Below are positions 45,193 through 54,136 of a DNA stretch of 54,136 nucleotides, in pieces. Source of the DNA: Chromera velia (taxonomy: Eukaryota); contig JAHBMJ010000208.1 in assembly GCA_018398765.1 (NCBI GenBank), positions 1 to 54,136 on the forward strand, given 5' to 3'. The notes under the pieces are model-generated. The model made no database searches. It was not told where the DNA came from and worked only from the letters and a program-made list of their open reading frames with translations. The stretch's first letter is position 1. Every line of letters begins with the position of its first letter. Made by a program: the position numbers and the translations under genes.

Positions 45193-48100
45193 CCCCCCTT
45201 GACGCGCATGCTCAATAAGTGGCATCCATCGGTTTTGGCCACGCCACATCAGGATTCTTCCATTTTGTAAGGCAATCCGCCATCTGATTCATGGCTCCAT
45301 CAATTAACGTGCTCAAAGGAAGCCCCCACTGCCTCCAACTCTTGCAACACAAAAAGCAAACGACCCTGCAAGGTCGGCTCTTTCTTGTAGACTCTATTTT
45401 TGAGCTGCTCAACCAGCGCTGCACTGTCTATCAGAACATATACCTTCACTTTTCCAAAAAGTATATGAGCGATCCTTAAAAGCAAAGGCATTCTCAACAC
45501 ACCCTAACAGAGAGCAAGCAGTTTTGCTCCAGCGGTGGAACGCACGAGTCTCTTCTCTCTGTGGCTTGCCCAGTCTATCAAATTTGCTCGACACGTCAAT
45601 GGCCAGTCTGCATTAGCAAGCTGAAAAATATACCCACTTCTCGCTTCGCATAGTCGATCATAATAAGCAGCATCGACAAACAAACGCAGTTCAAGCAGAT
45701 AAACAGCAAGAAATATAAGTTCGCGTGCCTTCTCAACAGCTAAAAACAAAATGGTTAAAAGGGTGTGAAGAAGACGGGGAGAGGGACAAGAAGACTAGCA
45801 AGACAACTGTAAAAAAGCAAAAGAAAGATTAAAATGGGTTTTGCACAGCCATCCCAGCATCCCTAACAATGAGCAGAAAATTCCTTCCAGTCTCATGTCT
45901 ACTTCTTTCTCTTTTGGCTTCTTAAAGTCTGCCTTCTCGAGTTTACGGCTTCTCTTCGGCTCGGGAAGAGACTCTGTGCTGACGTAACTCATTTGTCCTT
46001 GAGTGATTTCTCCCTTCTGTCTATCATGTGCCATCTCAAGACCAACCACTTTCTTCCTCTCTGCTCCAATCAGCTCTGGATCTTCGCACTCCACGTTCTT
46101 CCCAAACTGCTTCAACAAATCCAACGGATTAGGTGCAAGTAAAAACAAATCATCAACATGCATCTGACACGCTGCGGTGATGTCTGCCTGCTCAACGTCA
46201 GCCCATGACTTTTTATCTGACAAACGGATGGAAGAAGGAACGGGAGAACGAGTTTGGATCAAAATGAACTCAACACACTGAGAAAAGGAAACAAAATGGA
46301 AAAGCACTTTCTTCAGCCATTGCGTGAAGATGCGCGGAGCATCTTTCAGTCTTTACAATGCCTTTCTCAAGCCATACACCCCCATTGCAACGAAAGACCA
46401 CTGTTTCCCCTTTGGAAACAATGAAGGCAGCTTCACATGCACAGAAGAGGCAGCAAAACCGACAATCGGCGCCTGAAGAAAGGCACACGTAACATCCGTG
46501 ATTGCCATCGCCAAAAGATGAAAAACAAACGAAAGATTAAAGAATCAGGTGTACCTAAATATGTGTCATAATTGCGATGATCCCTTCTTGAATACCCCAT
46601 GTAGACAAGACGAGCTTTTGGGATTCTAGCTCTCCCCGTCCTTCAACTTCCAAGTGAACACCCAACGATACAAAAGAAAGATGGAACAAACAGCAGACAT
46701 GAGAGAAGAAATGTTAATCATAGGAGAAGACAAGGAAGCGGGCACGTCGTCTTTCTCTCCGTCTGTCTCTTTGAGGACCGAGAACTTTTCAAGTTTGTTC
46801 AGCTCTCTTTCTATTGCTTCATCAAACTTCCCCCCCCGGACTGTAGGATCCGATGGAGAAACAGGGATCTGATTCTTGCCTAACAGTTTCTCTGTATCGG
46901 AAATGGAAAAAGAAAGCTCAGGATCCTCATTCTTTTCTTTCTTTTGCTGAGTGCATCGAAATGCTCTGTGGCCTTCATGAAAGGAAAATCCACAGACTGA
47001 CTGGTCTGCCTTCTCTTCTGGCAGATCATCCAATTCGACTGGTTCTCTGTACAAAACTTCAGGGAAAGAAGACGGGGCAAAAAAAGAAGAGGAGGATGCA
47101 GAAGAAGAGGAAGAAGAGGAGGAAAGAAGGTTCTTGCTTTCGGTTTCTTTCTCTTCTGGCTCATGCCCCCTGCCGACCCAGTCAACTTTCTTCTCATCCC
47201 CCCCCCTGACTTCTGACCGAGGCCGGCGGTCAGGCAAAAGCCACTCCCCTATGTGATCAACCAAACCTGAAGAGAAAAGGATATCAGGAGAGCAAGCCTT
47301 CACACCATGCTTCATCGGATGAACACGCATGACCCTCGACCAATCACCCCAAAGAGCATCCCATTCTATTAACTGCCACTCGGATGGAGAGACAACAGAG
47401 AGGAAGATGCCTACCTTTCCTGGGGGATGAAGCGAATTCTGAACTTTCTTATAAAAGGGAGGCACAAACACAACAGGGTCTCCAGGCATGGTTGAGGTGT
47501 CAGGCCTGACACCCAAAGCAGAATGCAAAGGAGAGCGGCCAGTCTCAGCAGACGCGGTGCGATTGTATGAATATTCAACGGCCCGTAGCATACATGGAAA
47601 GAATTCGAGAGGCAACTTCCATATGTGGATCATCGATCTCAGACCAGCACGTGCCGTTCTTACTCATCATTCTGCAGGCCCCATTGATGAGTTAGGAGGT
47701 CGGGGGCGAACATGCACCCCCCTTCCTTCTAATATTGCCTTCACTTTACCTTCACACAACTCACCTGCATTATCTGACACAAATCGTTTCATGAGCCTGT
47801 ACTTATTAATCCATTCACACACAGCAGAGAGAGGACCAGTGTCCGTTCTTTTCTTCATCGCACGTGTCAATACCACCCCTGCCTTTGCATCTCTCATCAC
47901 AAACACATACTGAAAACCCAAAAGAGAAATCTTCTTTCCCAAATCAGAATCAATCTGGCTGACTTCGAAAACATCAGCCCACACCTCATCCAACCAGGAA
48001 AGAAGACCACGGGACTCAGAACAAGGTGCAGAGTGATGAGTTGCATTTATTAGACAGCAGGATAGATACCATTTCAAAGCAGACTCAAGCTGTGCACAAG

Positions 48101-50488
48101 GAATTGACAAAACGTGCTGGTAGAGAGCCTTTTGCTCCTTCAAGCTTGCACTCAAACGAGGAAGAGAAGCATAACCAAAACGAATGTGTTGACGCAGCAT
48201 GCAAAAAAGAATAGAAGGAGGAAGAGGATTTGAAACAAAAGGACGAGGAATTGAGGAACATGTGGCTACCCCCTATTTGCCTTTGAAAGCGGAGAGGGAG
48301 TCGTTGTCTGGGGTGGGGTTCAGTGAATCCCCGTATATGGGAGGATTCTGTAGGGAACCAACCCAAGCAGAATCAAACTCCTATTCATACATACACAGAA
48401 AACACTAAATGCAAGCATGGGAACTAAATCTGATCAACACAGAAAAGAGCGTACAGACAGAGGGTGTATGCGCAGCTCACTGCTCATTTGCAAGCACATC
48501 GCACACAGAGACCCCCCCTGCCACCCAGCTGACCGAAAAAGCCTTCACTACCGTCGCTGCTCGGAAAGGGTACACCCCCTGTAAATCAAATTCTTGTTGC
48601 AGACCCACGCGCACGAACTTTCCACCTGTGCTCCTCACAACCGCAGTCCCATCAAACCGATCGACCGCCCCCGCATGGATCAAGAGGTCGGCTTCCGGAC
48701 TGTCCATGATGTTCCCGATCTGCACTACAGAAACAGTCCCCTCCCCCCCTGAAGATGGATACTGGAGACAACACAAACCCCTGGAGGTGGTGACTGCCTC
48801 AGACCTGTATTCGAAGACCTCTACGTACCGAGATACGCAGGTCCATTCGCGGATGACGTGCACTTTCGATCTGGGGAAAATTGAGAACGTGCACTGGGAG
48901 TCAAGTTCTGCAACCGTCTCCCCCGATGCAACCACTTGTTTCCCCGCCTGCACAGCAAACGCCTTCTCCCCCACCTCCCTAATTATTGCTGATCACTCTT
49001 CTTCCTACTCAAAGTCATCGAGCGAACAGAAAGATGCGCGATCGTCTAGATCGTTACACGAGATGAAGGAGACGGTATCGTTATCGGCGTCACTAAGGGG
49101 CTCGTCATCATCGCTGGCCAGCACGGCACGGCACATGCACACAGCCTGTACCAACTCACGATGTTGAGTGACATCGGAGTACCCTGCTGCCTCTACAATT
49201 CGTTTGTTGAGCTCGTCAGCCATCAGGCTGAACTCACTATGATCGTACTTGCTCAAGTCTACCGACTCGATAGATTCTGCGGTTGGGGGTGCTATCTGTC
49301 CTTGGCCTTCATCGTGCTTACCGTCAAATTCAGAGAGGAGCGCAGCTAGTTTGGCCCTAAAGGACTGTCTCTGTCCTCCAAAACCTCTTTGCTGCTGCTG
49401 CTGCTGCTGCTTTCACTGGTTGTGGTGGTTGTTCTGTCTCGACCAGGGTTGCCCGGTGGAGGGTGGACCCCTGGGGGCAGACTGTTTGTTTCCCTGCGTC
49501 ACATTTTGGTACGTCTGCACAAGACCACGCACTTTACGACGTGCGGATCTCATCACGTTCTTACTCGGTTTGGCAGACCGAGCCGTCTTTGCATTCTCAT
49601 CCAACCCAATCACTGTTGCTGGGTCTACTCCACCACCCCAACCCCCCTTGCTGTTTCCCTTCTTCTGTGCGGGTGAAGAAGAGACGGTGAAAGGGAAACT
49701 TTCCATCTTTCCTTTCAACTGCTCCACCCACTTCAAGTAATTCTCAAAAGTAAGACGGGGATCGGTCTTTCTTTTCGGGTCGCCCGGGAGCTGTTTTTCA
49801 AGCCACTCAAGAAGGAAGACATGGAAGGTGTTCCAATCTTTTGTGACTTTCACATTTCTGCTCTCCTCCTTGGCAGCCAGTTTCTTATCTGGGTATCTGT
49901 TCCTTCAAGAAAAAACTCGACCATGAGTTCATCATTAAAGGTGACAGACAAGTCTTCTGCCTCCCTGGCGAGGTGGCTGAAAAGGTTCAGGAGATCAAAG
50001 AAGGAGAAGCCCTTTCCGGTAAGGAGAGAGAAATATATCACCCCCCATCTGACTGAGAGCTTGAGCTCTGCATCTCTGAGGCCATATTTGGAGAGGAGGG
50101 GAGAAATGATTTTCGCATCGATCTCCTCTTTCAGCTTTTTGATATGTTTGGCCTTTTTCTTCTCGTCTGCCGCTTCTTCTACCATCAGAACTGGCAGAGG
50201 ATCAACAGATTTTTCTATTTCTTTGAGACGCTTGATCAGAAGGTCATCTCCATGCGCAGCGAATTGGAGTCTCAGAGTAGAATGGATGGTAGAAAGGAAA
50301 GTAAGACTTGCAAGATCTTTGACCTATTTCTTTGTTGCCTTCACCCAGTCTTTTGCCGAAGCGTAACGAAAGATCTGGGGAGGACAGGAACTCATGATCG
50401 GGACGAATTTGATTTCAGCAGACATTCTCAAAAGACTTCAGAAAACATCTCAGAAAAGCGATGGTGGCAGTTACAGCTAGTTGACCAC

Positions 50489-50694
50489 AATTCTTCTAGA
50501 CGTTAGGTTCAGAATCTATAGTAGAGTTGACTACGGAAAAAGAATAACAAGAGTCTGTTCATATTATATAATGCAATCTATTGATCGAAACCGCCAGAAA
50601 AAGAATAATCACACTGCCGAAAATAACTGCCAATTTCTAGTGGCCCCGTAAAGACTCTAAAAGAGACTGCCCGGGAAAGCGAAATTAGCTAACT
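50489..50694 (-). repeat. Copia 5' LTR
   Basis: Direct repeat of 44976-45192. On the minus strand it is followed by G-TGGTCAACTAGCTG, a candidate primer-binding site (PBS). Confidence 0.9.
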
Positions 50695-51367
50695 TTACTT
50701 GGTACTTGTGTATCTACCTGCTTCTTTCCTAGTAAGACTTTCTTTCCTTGATTCCTTCTTTCCTCCCTGCTTTATTCCTTCCGGTTCCTAACCTTCTTCC
50801 CTCCCTCCTTTCCTCCCTCCGTTTGTCTCTTCCATCTTCCTCCCTTCCCCTCTTTCCTTCTTTTTTCCATCCTTCCTTCCTTCCTTCCTCAGAAGTTCAT
50901 CCCTCCCTTCTTCTCGATCACCCTCTCTGCCTCCCTACCAGGACCTGCCTCCGTCGCGCCCCCTCCTTCCTCACTCCCTTGCTTGCTTTATGCTTCCTTC
51001 CTTGCTTCCTAGCCTTCTTCTCTCATAAGTCATGATCTAGCCCATGATGATAAGTCTCAAACTAGGTCCCAAATTCCATCCCTCTGTCTCTCCTTATTTT
51101 GCTCCCACTTTTTTACAAAGATGTTGCAAAGTGGGGCATGAAGCAACACCTACTGTCGCAGCCGCCGGCCGGTGGCAGCTTATCGCACCTTGATTAATTA
51201 GCTCTGAAGTCGTATGAAGAACGTTCAATAATCTTCAATTGAGGCTATAGGAAATTTATGAAAAAATTAAGTGAATGATGAGTCAAAAACTCAAAGTTAA
51301 ATAAACCATCGCAAAAAAAAAAAAAATCATGATGAAAGAAGGATCATTCGAGATACTGTTCGACCAC

Positions 51368-54136
51368 TGTCGTTATGTTATGGCTTATACGGCGACTTGA
51401 TCACCCGTCAAACTTGCTAGAACTGGGACTGGGAAACTAACTTCGCAATACTAAGCCCAGCCGGCATTAATTAAGTGCACTAAGAGAATTAAGTGACAGA
51501 CTGACAATATAGAGAGAAATAATAGACTTACAATACAGAAATAAATAGAAGCATGCCGTACAGTCTTTATCTATCTGTATCGCTTGAATGGAGTCCTTGA
51601 AAGTGAACTCTGACTGACAGACTTAAGGAGGTAAGGTACGATAAGTCTCCAACTAGACTACGTTCTTAGTCTAGGAGGAAATCCGACGTGGTAGCAGCAG
51701 AGCCCCGGTCCTCCGCCTCAGGGAGACCCCGCTCTGTCTCTCAACCGTTGTTTGAAGTGCAGGCAGGATGGACCTATCTACTATCACTCCTGAGCTCATC
51801 CAGCAGCTCATTCAAACTCAACAGCAGCAGCAAGCTGAGATCTAGGCACTGCAGGTCCAAAACGGGCAGTTAACCCAACAGAATCAACAGCTGCACTAAA
51901 AGCTGATCAACCACCAGCAGACAGTCGTGACAGCACAACAAGGCACCGCGGGGAACAGCCTTCCAGCGGCCGTGAAGTCAAATTTGAAACCCAAAGAGCC
52001 GTTCACGTATGCAGGCAGCCGCAAACAACTCCTAGATTGGCTCCGTACGACCGAGAGATGGCTTCGCTTGTCGCGAGCATCGGAAGCCAAGAAATGCAAA
52101 GCAGCATGTCAGTACCTATCCTGTCTCCTACAGAGGTGATACGAGCTCGAAAACCTCCGAACGCCGTTCCAGGGGTGGGAGAATTTCAAAGAGAGGATTG
52201 GGAAGAAGTTCAAAGACCTAAATGCTCAGACACGTTTGCAAGAGGAAGTCCGAGCGATGAAATGTGGGAACAAGACAGTATAGAAGTACACCGATGACTT
52301 CATAGAGAAGGCTATACAGATTGAGGATGTCACAGAAGCCGACCTACTGCACGACTACCTCAGGGGATTGCCAACTGACATTTGTCTCGCTGTGAAGCGT
52401 CGGGGAGTCACGGGACTTGAGGCCGTCATGACAGTGGCAGACGAGGAAGACCAATTGATCCGAGGCAAGCGCGCCGATGGGGGCGGGTATGCGGTGCAAC
52501 AGCGTAACACGGATGGGCCTGCACCAATAGAAATAGATAGATTGTCGCGCTTATATGCGCTGTCGCATGAGCAGGTGCAGAGGCATATCAGAGAAGATAG
52601 ATGTTTCAACTGCCACCAACAGGGCCACCGGGCGAACAGGTGCCCAAAGTCCAACAACCGTCTCCTCCCCCAGCAGCACCAAAACTTCCCATACCAGTCA
52701 TTTCAGCAGCAACAACAGCAGCATCGGAATGCCCCTCCCCGTCCTGACAATCGGAATTTCAGGCACATGGGGGTCGGCAGCCCTCTCATGCAACCTTAGG
52801 GTCCAGTGGTGCCTTCAGGTCTTGCACCTTCGCTAACCTTCGCTCATGCAGCACCAGCAGATGTGGCAGCCTGCCGCACGCCCAGTCACTGACTTCCCAC
52901 CGGGGTTGTGGGGGTCACAACGGCAGAATCAGAATGCAGGCATGCAGAACGGCTACCCATTTCGCAGATACTACTCCACGAAGACCTTCTGCGCACCGGA
53001 GAAGCTCATCCGCTTCCACGGTCGGTTGGCAAGGGTCCCTGTTCACTGTCTGTACAATCCTGGGGCAGATTCCAACTTCCTTGCCCATTCCGTAGCCGAG
53101 TCGAACCGCTTCACTCTCTGGGATCTCGATGAACCGACCGCATGCAAGGGTGGGTTGAACGGGAGACCGCAGCTTCCGATTTTCCAGGAGGTGAAAGGCC
53201 TTCCCCTCTGCATCCAGAGCTTCAGCGCGCCTCTGGATCTCACAGTAGTCGATCTGGACGATGATTACGATGTTGTGTTGGGGATGCCCTTCTGTGAGGA
53301 GTATATTCCTATCCCTCATTACTGTGAGAAGGCCCTCACGATCCCTGCGTGTGAGTCACCGACCGGGAGAGACTTGTTCCTGCTTGACAGCGAGGAGTAC
53401 CCAGCGGAGGGGGAGGGGGAGGACTTCTTTAGCCAGAGAGAGCTCCGTCGGCTGATGAAGAGACCCAGTTCCCGTGTGTATCTTTTCTGCCTCGAAGCAA
53501 TGCGGAAGGGGGGGGTGAGTAATACGTTAGGGGTGCATTCCCTGCAGTCTGCCGGTAAGCCCGGAGACCCACCGCCCCTTTCATCTTTCCCTTCTGACCA
53601 TTCCATCAATTCTTTGACCTACACGGGATTCCAAAAGCACCTCCAGAGCAAAGAAGTCCCACCCAGCGTCCGACCGGTTCTCAAGAAACATTTTGATCGA
53701 TTCCCAGACGACCTCCCGGGTCTCCCGCCCCACCGAAAGATCGAGTGTGGGATCAAGCTCGAGGCAGGGCACTCTCCTCCTGCGAGAGCACCCTACCGAC
53801 TGTCATACGGTCAACTTGATGAACTGAGATGGCAGTTAGACTCATACCTCGAGAAAAGGCATATCCGCCCTTCGACAAGTCCATACGCTGCGCCAGTCCT
53901 GTTTATACAGAAGGCAGAACGGTCTCGACTTCGAACGGACCGAAACAAACTGAATCAAACTTCCCGGCAGATTCGAATATGCCGAGAAGCTTGATTCAGT
54001 TTCGAATATGCCGGGAAGCTTGATTCAGTTTGGTTCGGTCCGTTCGAAGTCGAGACCGTTCTGCCTCGAGACAATCTGGAGGTTGTTTTACCTGCTAGGA
54101 GCAGGAAGCACCCTATCATTCACACATCGTTGTGCA
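51368..54136 (+). mobile_element. Ty3/Gypsy LTR retrotransposon; degenerate, internally deleted, running off the window end
   Basis: Putative 5' LTR TGTCG...CGACG (51368-51688) and iMet-like PBS TGGTAGCAGCAGAGC (51689). Gag starts at ATG 51768, with stops and a CCHC knuckle CFNCHQQGHRANRC. Protease CLYNPGADSNF...DVVLGMP. RT start IRPSTSPYAAPVLF, then a jump to the integrase C-terminal GPFEV..KHPIIH region. Confidence 0.9.

Larger units (their letters stand above)
44976..50694 (-). mobile_element. Full-length degenerate Ty1/Copia LTR retrotransposon
   Basis: Direct LTRs at 44976-45192 and 50489-50694; TSD TTGCT/TTACT; polypurine tract AAGGGGGG at 45193-45200. Minus-strand domain order is gag-like (~50400-49250), protease (AELDSQCT), integrase (HIRFGY..C..C, WADVF, FVSDNAGE, GPAE), RT (EAIERELNKL, RWVFTWK, KARLV, HVDD) and RNase H (FVDAAY, VRSTAGA, IDS, NQMADCLTK). 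Many stops and frameshifts. Confidence 0.93.
43589..51350. repeat. Copy 2 of the 33183-35060 repeat, split by the Copia insertion
   Basis: 43589-44975 and 50695-51350 rejoin to match the empty site CTCGTTTGCTTGGTACTTG at ~34501-34519. Confidence 0.85.

Noticed and set aside
46672..46745. Possible intron in the Copia RT N-terminus (pyrimidine-rich in-frame stretch before RWVF)
   Set aside because: It has no AG acceptor (it ends TAT) and the frame stays open, so it cannot be supported.

Overview
This is eukaryotic, intron-rich genomic DNA. The gene style and (GT)n/(GACT)n microsatellites suggest an alveolate, possibly a chromerid, but that is inference only. Two intact host genes can be spliced by hand with GT-AG introns. 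The first is the 3' part of a V-ATPase V0 subunit a gene (15 exons, 1009-7479, +). The second is a CWF19L1-like splicing factor with an internal RRM (8 exons, 20002-27064, +). The rest is mostly decayed transposon sequence: four non-autonomous TIR elements with 8-bp target-site duplications (TSDs), a tRNA-headed SINE-like relic, a Penelope-like retroelement (PLE) with an N-terminal GIY-YIG domain between 144-bp inverted repeats, a full-length degenerate Copia with non-TG/CA LTR ends inserted into one of two copies of a repeat, and a rearranged Gypsy element at the window end. The most notable signals are: (1) a strong C>T/G>A bias at CpA/CpG in the repeat pairs I aligned, resembling RIP or methylation-deamination; (2) splice donors dominated by GTC, which seed (GTCA)n arrays; (3) two homologous intron-shaped segments in different flanks; (4) the permuted-domain PLE next to telomere-like repeats; (5) non-canonical Copia termini. 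Most ORFs in the supplied track are microsatellite or shadow artefacts.
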